From a virus, in the IMG/VR virus record IMGVR_UViG_3300027704_000014, positions 1-64,000 of that record: DNA of 64,000 bases. One strand, written 5' to 3'. The translations under genes and the position numbers were made by a program. The notes below the pieces were generated by a model. It ran no database searches and was not told where the DNA came from. It saw nothing but the letters and a program-made list of their open reading frames with translations. Position 1 is the first letter of the stretch, and each line of letters begins with the position of its first letter. Below are positions 1-10,077 of the stretch, one piece after another.

Positions 1-2
1 CA

Positions 3-2000
3 CTAAATGAATTGGCGTCGGCACTAGGTGACGATGCAAACTTTAGTACAACAATAACAAATTCAATAGCCACTAAGGCGGCTATTAGTTCGCTATCCAC
101 AGTAGGAACAAGCGGACTATTTGCAGACTTATCAACTAGGCCTACTATCTCATTAAGCGGTAATGACTTAACTTACGATGGTACAACAATTGATTTAACA
201 AGCGTTGGCGCAACTGGACCAACAGGTGCCGCAGGTACTAACGGAACTAATGGTGTCGATGGCTCAAATGGATCAACTGGAGCCGCAGGTGCAACTGGAC
301 CAGCAGGAAAAAGCATCTCAAGTGGTGCCGTAAGTGCAGGAACATTAACACTCACAATGAGTGATTCTTCTAGTATAACTGTAAGTGGAAGCGTTGCAGG
401 CGAAGATGGTGCTGATAGCACAGTAGCAGGACCAACTGGTGCCACAGGCCCAGCAGGTGCAACTGGACCAGCAGGCGGAGATGGATCAAATGGATCAGCT
501 GGAGCCGCAGGTGTTGGCATTACAGCAGCAGCATTAGTAGGCGACAACTTATCATTAACATATTCGAATACTTCTGTACAAGACATAGGCAGTGTAAGAG
601 GACCAACAGGAACAACTGGATCCGCAGGTAACGATGGAACAAGCATTTCAAGTGCAGCAATTAGCGGACCAACATTAACATTAACATTGAGTGATTCTTC
701 TAGTGTAACTGTAAGTGGAAACGTTACAGGTGCAGCAGGTACTAACGGAACTAACGGTACTAACGGAACTAACGGTACTAACGGTACTGATGGTGCAGGA
801 CTAGGCGATGTTAGTGTAACAACAGCATCAGCAGGCACAGCCGCATTAGCATACAACAGTGGAACAGGTGTATTTACATTTACACCACCAGACCTAAGTT
901 CATACTTAACAAGCGAAACAGACAGTCAAACATTAAGTTTAGCAGGTAATACATTAAGTATTACAGGTGGCAATAATGTTGATTTAAGTTCAGTAGGTGG
1001 AGCAAGTGCATTTGGTGATTTATCAGATGTAAGCACATCGGGTGTAACTACTGGGCAAGTATTAAAATACAATGGTACTAGTTGGGCACCAGCAGCTGAC
1101 TCAACAGGTTCCGGTGGTATTGCTTCAGTTGCAGCAGACACTACACCTCAACTAGGTGGTGACTTAGATGTAAACGGACAAGACATTGTTACTTTAAGTA
1201 ATGGTGATATAGATTTAGATCCAAATGGATCAGGTGTTGTAGTATTCAAAGGTAATGCTACCAAAGGCTCAGGACAGTTTAAATTAAATTGTGAAGCCAA
1301 TACACACGGTATTACACTTAAAGGACCAGCTCATGCCGCGGGAGCAAACTATACTTTAACATTCCCAACAACAGACGGTGATGCAGATCAAGTATTAAAA
1401 ACCGATGGTACGGGTGGATTAGCATGGGTTAATCAATCAGGTGGCGGTGGTGGAAACGCATTCACAAACTTTGCAGTAGCAGGACAGAATATAATTGCTG
1501 CAGACAGCTCAACGGATACGCTAACTATTGCAGCAGGAAGTGGTGTTACACTTACAACCGATAGCGGCACTGATACTTTAACTATTGCAGCCTCAGGTGG
1601 CGGCGGTAGTGGTGCTACAGTTGAAAGATTTAAACTTAACTATGCATCTAATGGTAACCTAGATAATATATCAGATACATCAAGTGGTATTAGTGGTGTT
1701 ACTATCGATAGTACAACTAGTGGAGAATGTAGTATTACATTCACAGGCTATAACTATCCACCAGCTTCTGTTATGATGTACGGTTATGACTACTCTAATA
1801 ACAAATACTACATAAGCAACATTGAAACTACAATGGGAACCAGAGAAATAGCAGGTGGAGGTTCATCAGGATCACCAGTAGCATTTAACGGTTCTACAAC
1901 CCCAGTTATTAAAATTAAATTAAGAGAAGCAGAAACAGGTGCAAGTAGAAGTTTCGGTACTACTACTCATGCCTGGATACAAATGGTACTGCACGGATAA
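3..2000 (+). CDS. Tail fibre / collagen-like virion protein (5' end lies upstream of the window)
   Basis: Frame is open from base 3 (LNELASALGDDANFSTT, a typical phage fibre motif); long G-X-Y collagen runs, (NGT)n repeats and a DTTPQLGGDLDVNG motif. Confidence 0.8.
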   Translation, partial: LNELASALGDDANFSTTITNSIATKAAISSLSTVGTSGLFADLSTRPTISLSGNDLTYDGTTIDLTSVGATGPTGAAGTNGTNGVDGSNGSTGAAGATGPAGKSISSGAVSAGTLTLTMSDSSSITVSGSVAGEDGADSTVAGPTGATGPAGATGPAGGDGSNGSAGAAGVGITAAALVGDNLSLTYSNTSVQDIGSVRGPTGTTGSAGNDGTSISSAAISGPTLTLTLSDSSSVTVSGNVTGAAGTNGTNGTNGTNGTNGTDGAGLGDVSVTTASAGTAALAYNSGTGVFTFTPPDLSSYLTSETDSQTLSLAGNTLSITGGNNVDLSSVGGASAFGDLSDVSTSGVTTGQVLKYNGTSWAPAADSTGSGGIASVAADTTPQLGGDLDVNGQDIVTLSNGDIDLDPNGSGVVVFKGNATKGSGQFKLNCEANTHGITLKGPAHAAGANYTLTFPTTDGDADQVLKTDGTGGLAWVNQSGGGGGNAFTNFAVAGQNIIAADSSTDTLTIAAGSGVTLTTDSGTDTLTIAASGGGGSGATVERFKLNYASNGNLDNISDTSSGISGVTIDSTTSGECSITFTGYNYPPASVMMYGYDYSNNKYYISNIETTMGTREIAGGGSSGSPVAFNGSTTPVIKIKLREAETGASRSFGTTTHAWIQMVLHG

Positions 2001-2014
2001 GGAAGTATAGCTAA

Positions 2015-4036
2015 ATGCCCGAATTGTCATACAGAAGTAATCAGATAAAATTAAATTATCCTAATAAAGTTCTCGCCGGATCTGTAACAGCACAGTCAGG
2101 CGAGTCTTATTGGGATCATGCTAATGGATCAAATGATCCATGGTATTCAGGATCTGCTACTAAGAAATATTATCGATGGACGGTAACATTAACTATTACC
2201 GAAATGAATCACGGTTCCCACTTAACAAGAGAAGAAAAGAAATACAACGGATTAGATATTGTTGTAGGTGATTGGATCGGTGGAGCAACAACAGGGCAAT
2301 GTGTTAAGATTATTAGTATTAGTTCTAAAGAAAGAGGCACAATTACATGTGTAGTAGAAGATATACTACGATACAATACTTTTGCTAGTGCAACCGGTAA
2401 CGGTATGTTTAGTAATGGTTCTTGTGTTGTGTTCTCACTTAACGAAGATGGGTTACCTTTATTAGATCCTCTGCCAGGTGTTGCTAGTATAACTTTCTAT
2501 CCTACTGTGATGAGCAGGTTCGGATACTTGAATCCCCAATTAAATTATATACTACATCAAACAGCACACGGTTTTACTATAGGTGATGTTGTGTCTGCGA
2601 CTTCTTCTGGATTTGTTAAAGCAAATGTAGAAACGATGAGCAAGATGATAGGTACTGTGATTGACTCAGGGCCTGGTCCTAACCAATTTATTATTTCACC
2701 TAACAATAGAATTATTGACTTTGATCCTAAAATACCTGGATCACAAGGCGACTACATATACATTCAAAACGATGGGTCATTAGGTACTGCCGATACAGGC
2801 AAAGCTGCATTCTTAAATATACAAAGTTCTATACCCACTGAACTAGATGGCACAATAGATAACCCAGAAGTTCCTGTTGGTCATGTAATAAAACTTAACA
2901 ATCAAACTGTAACATTTACAGGTAATAGTGCCAATTCAACCGTAAGTGAAATAGCAATTAATATTAATGGAAGTTCAGCAACTCACTTTATTACTGCAAG
3001 TACACCTACAACATCTACAACATCTACATCTGATACAAGTGCAGTAGCATACGGACTAATAGGCGGCTATGTACCATTTAGTGCATACATTGACAGTGGT
3101 AGTGGTAATACATTAGTAAACTTTACAACAGATACAGTAGGTCAAGCAACATACGGTATTGCTGTAGGTATTGCAGCAGATATGGTGACAGATATTACTG
3201 CAGCAGGCATTGCTAATTTAACTGCTACATTTGATGCTAGTAATAGACTTACTCTCACTGAGTCACAGGGTAATGCAATATCTATAGCCAATAATACAAA
3301 TGATGCAAACGGCAACCCATACGTAGGTACAGGCAACGTGTCAGGACTACCAGCAACTATAATTGCCCCAGGCACACAAAAATTAAAACTAACTCGTAGT
3401 GACGGTGGCGAAATTCTTATATTCGAAAGCACAGAATACTTTAGAGTAGGAACAGGCATCAGCAGCGGTCATACTGGTCAGTATCCGTTAGCAATGAATA
3501 TCGAACAAGGTCTAAGAACAGCAGGTACTACAGTAGTTGCTGACATATCAGCTCGTGATGCATTAACTGCTGAAGCAGGCGATGGTGCATACGTTCTTAA
3601 CAAAGGTGACGGCGAGTGGGGTTCATATATTTATAGCGGCAGTGCTTGGGTGATGACATCTAATGAAGACAGTGCTACAGTAGATGCTAAAACTATAACA
3701 ACTACATTCACTATGCCAGCAGGCGGATTTGGAACTGCTACAACACAATTGATGGGTAATGTTAGCCCAGGTAGACGTTTGTTAAATGTAAGTGTTGATG
3801 TTACCACAGCATTTGTTGGAGCAAGCTCTACACCGAATATTCAAGTAGGCACTTTAGTAGATCCAGATGCATACGTTCCAGCAAAATCAAATGCAATTGA
3901 TGAGTTAGGTGCATTTGAAGCAACTCCAAATTATCTTTACCCATCAACTGAAACTCAGGACTTAGAAGTACGAGCAAGATGTACTCATAACGGTGCTAGT
4001 TCTGGTATTGTTACAGTGAAGTTGACTTACGTCTAA
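2015..4036 (+). CDS. Probable virion structural protein
   Basis: 673 aa, T/S/G-rich, beta-strand-like, lying between two fibre genes. Confidence 0.6.
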   Translation: MPELSYRSNQIKLNYPNKVLAGSVTAQSGESYWDHANGSNDPWYSGSATKKYYRWTVTLTITEMNHGSHLTREEKKYNGLDIVVGDWIGGATTGQCVKIISISSKERGTITCVVEDILRYNTFASATGNGMFSNGSCVVFSLNEDGLPLLDPLPGVASITFYPTVMSRFGYLNPQLNYILHQTAHGFTIGDVVSATSSGFVKANVETMSKMIGTVIDSGPGPNQFIISPNNRIIDFDPKIPGSQGDYIYIQNDGSLGTADTGKAAFLNIQSSIPTELDGTIDNPEVPVGHVIKLNNQTVTFTGNSANSTVSEIAININGSSATHFITASTPTTSTTSTSDTSAVAYGLIGGYVPFSAYIDSGSGNTLVNFTTDTVGQATYGIAVGIAADMVTDITAAGIANLTATFDASNRLTLTESQGNAISIANNTNDANGNPYVGTGNVSGLPATIIAPGTQKLKLTRSDGGEILIFESTEYFRVGTGISSGHTGQYPLAMNIEQGLRTAGTTVVADISARDALTAEAGDGAYVLNKGDGEWGSYIYSGSAWVMTSNEDSATVDAKTITTTFTMPAGGFGTATTQLMGNVSPGRRLLNVSVDVTTAFVGASSTPNIQVGTLVDPDAYVPAKSNAIDELGAFEATPNYLYPSTETQDLEVRARCTHNGASSGIVTVKLTYV

Positions 4037-4070
4037 CTGTATACTAAGTACATCACTTTACTCAAAAGTC

Positions 4071-4080
4071 ATAAATACTA
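4071..4080 (+). promoter_or_regulatory. TAAATA late-type promoter
   Basis: ATAAATACTA lies about 55 nt before the structural gene at 4136 and resembles the T4 late TATAAATA; the motif recurs before other genes. Confidence 0.6.
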
Positions 4081-4135
4081 CTATCAAATAAACTGAATTT
4101 ATTTGTTATCGATAGCATAATTTAGGAGACATTAA

Positions 4136-7100
4136 ATGGCTGATATTAAAAACTTTGGTATCAAAGGTATCGCAGCTGATGTACAAATGGGTAAGAGCGG
4201 GGGACGCCTCAAATACGATTCCAGTAATGGACGTTTTGATCTTACACAATCCGACGGAACAACCTTAGAAGATATACGTCTAGGTAGTATTACGTCAGGT
4301 ACATGGACAGGCTCAGCAATAGGAACTGCATACGGTGGAACGGGAATTGACCTTTCATCAAGTACAGGTACTATAAAAGTTTCGGGTGGAACTGTAACTG
4401 CTGGTGCAATTGACATAAGCGATAGTAACTTTGTAACAGGCGCCTTAGGCGTAGCAAACGGCGGAACAGGTGCAGCAAGTGCATCCGGCGCTAGAACAAA
4501 TTTAGGACTAGGAACATTAGCCACACAGGCTAGTACAGCAGTAGACATTGATGGCGGAGCCATTGATGGAACAATTATTGGTGCCAATAGTGCAGCAGCA
4601 ATTACAGGTTCTGTTATAACAGCAAATACAAACTTTGTTGGTGCTTTAACAGGTGCCGTAACTGGTAACGTAACAGGTAACTTAACTGGTAACAGTGCAG
4701 GTGTACATACTGGCGCAGTAACAGGTGACGTAACTGGTGATTTAACCGGTGATGTAACTGGTGACTTAACTGGTAACAGTGCAGGTGTACATACAGGTAA
4801 TGTAACAGGTAACTTAACTGGTAACAGTGCAGGTGTACATACTGGTAACGTAACTGGAAACGTATCAGGTAACTTAACTGGTGATGTAACTGGTACAGCA
4901 AGTTTGGCAACAGACTTTACAAGTGCAGTTACAATAGCATTAGCAGGTGACTCTACAGGTACTGCAACATTTACAGGTGCTGGTGATACAGCAACAATAA
5001 CAAGTACATTAGCAACAGTTAACTCAAGCGTTGGATCTTATGGTTCAGCCGCAGCCGTTCCGGTTATTACAGTTAACGCTAAAGGTTTAGTTACAGCAGT
5101 AAGTACAGCAGCTATTGCAACAGGATTTAGTGTTGCAGCTGATAACGGTACTACTGATGCAGTAGCAGGTGGCGAAACGCTAACTGTTGTTGGTACAACT
5201 AACCAAATACAAACAACTGTAACAGATAACGGACTCGAAATTGGGTTTGCTACAGCACCAACTATTAATGACTTAACAGTAACAGGTACATTTACTTCCG
5301 ATGATATTACATCGGCTACAGTTAATGTTTCCGGTGACGCAGTTATTACAGGTAACTTAACAGTTCAAGGTACACAGACAACTGTTAATTCCTCAACTGT
5401 TAGTACTAACGATCCAATCATTCGTGTAAACAGTAATGGTACAGGTGGAACTGACGCAGGTCTTGAAGCTAATATCAGTGGTGTAATGAAGCAATTCATA
5501 TACGACGGTGCTTCTAGCAAGTGGACAGTTGGTGGCGAAACAATGGTTGCAGCTACTTTCGAAGGTGCTTTAACTGGTGACGTAACTGGTGATGTAACTG
5601 GTGATTTAACAGGTGACGTACTAGCAGGTGATACTTCCGTAATGGTTGATTCAAGTGCTAAAACTTTCACAGGTGATTTAACTGGTGATGTAACAGGTAC
5701 AGTTTCAAGTATTGCTAATCATAACACTAATGCATTAAGTGAAGGTTCAACTAACCTTTATCATACTGTAGCAAGAGTTCAAGCAGTAAGTATTAACGAC
5801 CTTGTTGAAGATACTACTCCACAATTAGGTGGAACATTAGACATGAACAGTCAACTCGTTCAAGGTTCTATTGTACCAAGTGCAAACGTAACATACGATT
5901 TAGGTTCTCCTACAGCAGCATTTAGAGACCTATATTTAAGTGGTTCTACTATTGACTTAGCTGGTGTTGAATTAAAAAATAGCTCCGGAACATTAAGAAT
6001 AACAGACGGGTCTGATGCTGTCGTATCAATTAGTTTAGACGCTAACGATACTGATGATTTAAGCGAAGGTTCAACTAACTTATACTATACAAATGCAAGA
6101 GTTGAAGCAAAGATAGATTCTTATGTAAGTGGCGGAAATGCAATTAGTATTGCAAGTGGTGTTGTATCATTAGATAACACAGCAGCAACTCCGGGCACAT
6201 ATGGTTCTGCAACGCAGATTCCAGCAATCACAGTTGACCAACAAGGACGTATCACGTCAGTAAGTCAAAGTGCATTATCAACAGCATGGACATTAAGTGC
6301 TGACAGTGGCTCACAAACAATCGACGGTGGCGACACAGTTGATATAGCAGGTGGTAATAACATTACTACAGCAGTTTCAGCAACTGATACAGCAACAGTA
6401 AGTCTAGATACTACTTTAACAAGTATGGTTGCAGGTACATTTAGTGGAGCGGTACAAGCCGGTTCATTAAAAGATAGTGCCTTAACAATCGCTTCTGGTT
6501 CTATAACTGGTGGTGTTGCGGCAACATTCAGTGGTGCAGTAGAAGGTGGTTCATTAACAGACGGTACTGCTACATTAAGTAGTGGTGCATTAAGTGGTGC
6601 AACTACTGGTACATTTAGTGGAGCAGTAAGTGGTGCAAGTTTTGCAGCAACTGGTGATGTCTCTGGTTCTACAGCAGACTTTAGTGGTCAAGTAGACTTT
6701 GGTTCATTAAGTGATGGTACAATAACTGCAACTGGTTTTGTCGATGAAGACAACATGAACAGTGACAGTGCTACATTAATACCTACACAGCAATCAGTTA
6801 AAGCATACGTTGATGCCTCAATTACAGGTAGTGATTTAGACTTCCAAGGTGATACAGGCGGCGCACTAAGCATTGATTTAGACAGTGAGTCTTTAACAAT
6901 CGCAGGTGGAACTAACTTAAACACAGCTGGCGCAGGCAATGGCGTAACTGTAAACCTAGATACTACATTAACAGGCTTAACAGCAGTAACTTCAAGTCAG
7001 TTTACAGGACCTTTAACAGGTGACGTAACTGGTGATGTAACTGGTGATGTAACAGGTAATGCAGGTACAGCAACAGCATTAGCAACTGCTAGAGCATTTA

Positions 7101-8698
7101 GTGCAACTGGTGACATAACTGCAACAGGCGTATCATTTGATGGTACTAACCCTGTAGCATTATCAACTACACTAGCAACAGTTAACAGCGACACTGGAAC
7201 ACATGGTAGTGCTACTGCTATTCCAGTTGTTACAGTTAATGCTAAAGGTTTAGTTACAGCAGTAACTACAGCATCAATTAGTACTGACCTAGACATTATA
7301 GGTGACAGTGGTACAGATACTGTAAACTTAGCAACAGATGCATTAACATTCGAAGGCACTGCTAACCAAATAGTAACCGCAGTTAGTAATAACAAAGTTA
7401 CAGTTGGGTTTGCTACAGCACCAACTATTAATGACTTAACAGTAACAGGTACATTTACTTCCGATGATATTACATCAGCAAGTATTGGTATTAACGGTGA
7501 TGCAATTATCTCTGGTAACTTAACAGTCCAGGGTACTCAAACTATTGTTAACAGTACTACTGTTGAAGCAGCAGATCCAATCTTCCGTGTAAACACCTCA
7601 GGTGCTAACACTGACAGTGGTTTTGAAGCTAACGCAAACGGTGTTATCAAACAGATCCTTTATACAGCGGCTGGTACAGAATGGGACTTCGGTTCTGAAA
7701 ATGTTAAAGCAACTTCTTTTGAAGGTTCATTAACTGGTAATGCAGATACAGCAACATTATTAGCAACTACAAGAGCAATTGGTATTAGTGGTGATGCAAC
7801 TTCAACTGTTAACTTTAACGGTTCACAGGATGTTACATTAGCAACTACACTAGCAACTGTTAACAGTGATGTTGGTAGTTACGGTAGTGTTACAGCAATT
7901 CCAGTTGTTACAGTTAACGCTAAAGGTTTAGTTACAGGCGTAACTACAGCAGCAATCAGCACAGCAATTACAGTTGCTGGTGATAGCGGTGGTAACCAAA
8001 CAGTTGAAAACGGTGATACTCTTAGCATAGTCGGTGGTACTAACATTAGTACTGCAGGTAGTGCAACTGATACAATTACTGTAAACTTAGATAGCTCAAT
8101 CAGCGGACTAACAAGTGTTAGCTCAACTACATTAACAGATGGAACTGCTTCTTTAAATGCAGGTTCATTAACTGGTGTCGTTGGCGTTACTGCTAGTGGA
8201 ACTGTACAGTTTGGTTCTTTAAGCGATGGCACAATTACTGCTACTGCTTTTCAATCTACAATCACTGATAGTGATACTGTAATTCCAACAAGTGGTGCAG
8301 TTGTTGATCATGTTAGAACTTCAGCAGATGGTCTTTTATTAAGAGACGCATTTACTGCAGACAGTTCAGCAAGTTCGTTTAACATCGGAACAATGCCAAA
8401 TGTAACAAGTAGAACTTACTTTGCTAATAAATTAGTAATTAAAGTATCTACTGCATTTAGTGGTGATAGTGTTAACGCAATCAAAGTTACTGAGAACGGC
8501 ACAGGTGGCTCAACTCTAGTAGCAATTGATGATGCAGATTGTACAACAATCGGTACTTACAATGTTGAATTAGATGGCGACATAGAACTAACAAAGAATG
8601 CAGCAATTACTGTAAGTTTTGTTAAAGCAGACGGTAGCACAGCAAGTGTTCCAACTGCAGGTGTTCTTAAGGCATCAGCACATTACAACTTCGTTTAA
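4136..8698 (+). CDS. Large repetitive tail fibre / virion protein
   Basis: 1520 aa with (GDVT/GNLT)n repeats, repeated GSYGS..AIPVVTVNAKGLVT, LSEGSTNLYYT and DTTPQLGG motifs; AGGAG SD. Confidence 0.8.
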   Translation: MADIKNFGIKGIAADVQMGKSGGRLKYDSSNGRFDLTQSDGTTLEDIRLGSITSGTWTGSAIGTAYGGTGIDLSSSTGTIKVSGGTVTAGAIDISDSNFVTGALGVANGGTGAASASGARTNLGLGTLATQASTAVDIDGGAIDGTIIGANSAAAITGSVITANTNFVGALTGAVTGNVTGNLTGNSAGVHTGAVTGDVTGDLTGDVTGDLTGNSAGVHTGNVTGNLTGNSAGVHTGNVTGNVSGNLTGDVTGTASLATDFTSAVTIALAGDSTGTATFTGAGDTATITSTLATVNSSVGSYGSAAAVPVITVNAKGLVTAVSTAAIATGFSVAADNGTTDAVAGGETLTVVGTTNQIQTTVTDNGLEIGFATAPTINDLTVTGTFTSDDITSATVNVSGDAVITGNLTVQGTQTTVNSSTVSTNDPIIRVNSNGTGGTDAGLEANISGVMKQFIYDGASSKWTVGGETMVAATFEGALTGDVTGDVTGDLTGDVLAGDTSVMVDSSAKTFTGDLTGDVTGTVSSIANHNTNALSEGSTNLYHTVARVQAVSINDLVEDTTPQLGGTLDMNSQLVQGSIVPSANVTYDLGSPTAAFRDLYLSGSTIDLAGVELKNSSGTLRITDGSDAVVSISLDANDTDDLSEGSTNLYYTNARVEAKIDSYVSGGNAISIASGVVSLDNTAATPGTYGSATQIPAITVDQQGRITSVSQSALSTAWTLSADSGSQTIDGGDTVDIAGGNNITTAVSATDTATVSLDTTLTSMVAGTFSGAVQAGSLKDSALTIASGSITGGVAATFSGAVEGGSLTDGTATLSSGALSGATTGTFSGAVSGASFAATGDVSGSTADFSGQVDFGSLSDGTITATGFVDEDNMNSDSATLIPTQQSVKAYVDASITGSDLDFQGDTGGALSIDLDSESLTIAGGTNLNTAGAGNGVTVNLDTTLTGLTAVTSSQFTGPLTGDVTGDVTGDVTGNAGTATALATARAFSATGDITATGVSFDGTNPVALSTTLATVNSDTGTHGSATAIPVVTVNAKGLVTAVTTASISTDLDIIGDSGTDTVNLATDALTFEGTANQIVTAVSNNKVTVGFATAPTINDLTVTGTFTSDDITSASIGINGDAIISGNLTVQGTQTIVNSTTVEAADPIFRVNTSGANTDSGFEANANGVIKQILYTAAGTEWDFGSENVKATSFEGSLTGNADTATLLATTRAIGISGDATSTVNFNGSQDVTLATTLATVNSDVGSYGSVTAIPVVTVNAKGLVTGVTTAAISTAITVAGDSGGNQTVENGDTLSIVGGTNISTAGSATDTITVNLDSSISGLTSVSSTTLTDGTASLNAGSLTGVVGVTASGTVQFGSLSDGTITATAFQSTITDSDTVIPTSGAVVDHVRTSADGLLLRDAFTADSSASSFNIGTMPNVTSRTYFANKLVIKVSTAFSGDSVNAIKVTENGTGGSTLVAIDDADCTTIGTYNVELDGDIELTKNAAITVSFVKADGSTASVPTAGVLKASAHYNFV
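5241..5313 (+). repeat. 73-nt exact direct repeat, copy 1
   Basis: Identical to 7404-7476. Confidence 0.85.
7404..7476 (+). repeat. 73-nt exact direct repeat, copy 2
   Basis: Identical to 5241-5313. Confidence 0.85.
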
Positions 8699-8720
8699 CG
8701 TATAGGTAGGCGTGTAAGGT

Positions 8721-8751
8721 AAAAAGGGTCTCTTCGGAGGCCCTTTTTTTT
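8721..8751. terminator. Bidirectional intrinsic terminator
   Basis: AAAAAGGGTCTC-TTCG-GAGGCCCTTTTTTTT between convergent genes. Confidence 0.9.
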
Positions 8752-8756
8752 GGTTA

Positions 8757-9356
8757 CTATTTCTGTGGAGGTCTACCGTCCCAGGGAACTGCGGCGGTAA
8801 ATGTGAATTGCATTAGTATAGTGTTTGCCATACTATTATTAGGAGTGAAACCAGTTTTCAGATGCGAGGGCCAAAATACATATTTGTACTTAGCAGGCTT
8901 AATGTAATGGTTGTAATCTATCAAGCCTAGTGGTGTTGAATATGTTTTGCCTTGTGGTGCTTCTGTGTATAAGTGGCTTCCTTTGTTTGTTGTTTGCAAC
9001 CAAACGCAACCTGAGTAATATCTGTTTCGTTCAAAGGTAGAAGGTACATTACACTTAGGATTTATACTTACTAAGTTTGGTCTTACTAATTCTATTTGAG
9101 TCTTAGTTGCTTCTAAGTAAGGTAAGTGTTTCTTAGCTTCAATAAAAAATGTATTCAGTAATACTTGTTGTAAGTTCTTCAGCTCACGGTTTAATGGTAC
9201 AAATTTGTTTGTACAAAAACCGTAGTTAGTTTCTTCTACGGATCCACTGTTTGCTTCGGTTAGTATAGCCGCATTTAGTTGAGATTCTATCTCAGTTGTT
9301 AAAGGTAAACTTCCTTCAAACACTATGTCTGGGAATATTGTATATGTCTTTGCCAT
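8757..9356 (-). CDS. Degenerate 2OG-Fe(II) oxygenase-like (TIGR02466-like) protein
   Basis: YSGCVWL...VFWPSHL...PNNS pattern, but the His ligands appear absent; TAAATA upstream at 9362-9367. Confidence 0.5.
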   Translation of the reverse strand: MAKTYTIFPDIVFEGSLPLTTEIESQLNAAILTEANSGSVEETNYGFCTNKFVPLNRELKNLQQVLLNTFFIEAKKHLPYLEATKTQIELVRPNLVSINPKCNVPSTFERNRYYSGCVWLQTTNKGSHLYTEAPQGKTYSTPLGLIDYNHYIKPAKYKYVFWPSHLKTGFTPNNSMANTILMQFTFTAAVPWDGRPPQK

Positions 9357-9414
9357 ACTACTATTTACACAAAAAGGGTGTTTAAGTCATTGTTAATACG
9401 GCAAAAAATAACAC

Positions 9415-9443
9415 TTGACATTTAGCACATGATCTTGTATAAT
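9415..9443 (+). promoter_or_regulatory. Consensus sigma70 promoter
   Basis: TTGACA-17 nt-TATAAT. Confidence 0.85.
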
Positions 9444-9476
9444 ATGTGTATAGATTAGAATAACAGAGCAGAAAAT

Positions 9477-10067
9477 ATGGATAAGAAATTAATTTTCACA
9501 GACGTTGATGGCGTCTTACTTAACTGGGAATATGCATTCAACGAGTGGATGGAGTTCCAAGGTCATACTCCAGTAGATGATCATAAGGACCATTACAATA
9601 TTGCAAAGCAATACAGTTTACCATCTAAAAACATAGGGCATAATCTTATAAGGCAATTCAATGCCAGTGCCGCTATAGGCTTTTTGCCACCCCTTAGAGA
9701 TGCCCAACAGTATGTTGAGAAATTAACAGCAGACGGATATAGGTTTGTAGTACTTACATCACTTAGCACAGACAAGTATGCTAAAGAGTTGAGAACAAGA
9801 AACTTAACTAAACTGTTTGGTGATTGTTTCGAAGAGATTATTTGTTTAGCAACTGGTGCTGATAAAGACAATGCATTAGTTAAACTAGCAAACAAATATG
9901 GTACAGGTTATTGGATAGAGGACAAACCGTCTAATGCTGATGCAGGTACCAAAGCAGGATTTAACACTATCCTAATTGAACACAGACATAACTTAGGTTA
10001 TGAAGGTGATGCAATAATTGCTCCATTGTGGGCAGACGTGTATAACATAATCACAAACAATTCGTAA
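9477..10067 (+). CDS. HAD-family phosphatase / 5'-nucleotidase (T4 gp30.2-like)
   Basis: FTDVDGVLLNW motif I, VLTS motif II, IEDKPSN motif IV. Confidence 0.8.
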   Translation: MDKKLIFTDVDGVLLNWEYAFNEWMEFQGHTPVDDHKDHYNIAKQYSLPSKNIGHNLIRQFNASAAIGFLPPLRDAQQYVEKLTADGYRFVVLTSLSTDKYAKELRTRNLTKLFGDCFEEIICLATGADKDNALVKLANKYGTGYWIEDKPSNADAGTKAGFNTILIEHRHNLGYEGDAIIAPLWADVYNIITNNS

Positions 10068-10077
10068 GGGGAAAAAT

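Noticed and set aside
740-790. 9-nt tandem repeats here, and 12/33-nt repeats at 4660-4890, as CRISPR or VNTR
   Set aside because: They are in-frame coding repeats (NGT, GDVT) with no unique spacers and no cas genes.
5241-7476. 73-nt repeat as a DGR template/variable pair
   Set aside because: The copies are identical, with no adenine-specific mismatches, and there is no reverse transcriptase in the window.
173-8232. Many minus-strand ORFs over the fibre genes, and shadow ORFs elsewhere in the track
   Set aside because: They are antisense shadows of repetitive, codon-biased genes, with no SD or recognisable motifs.
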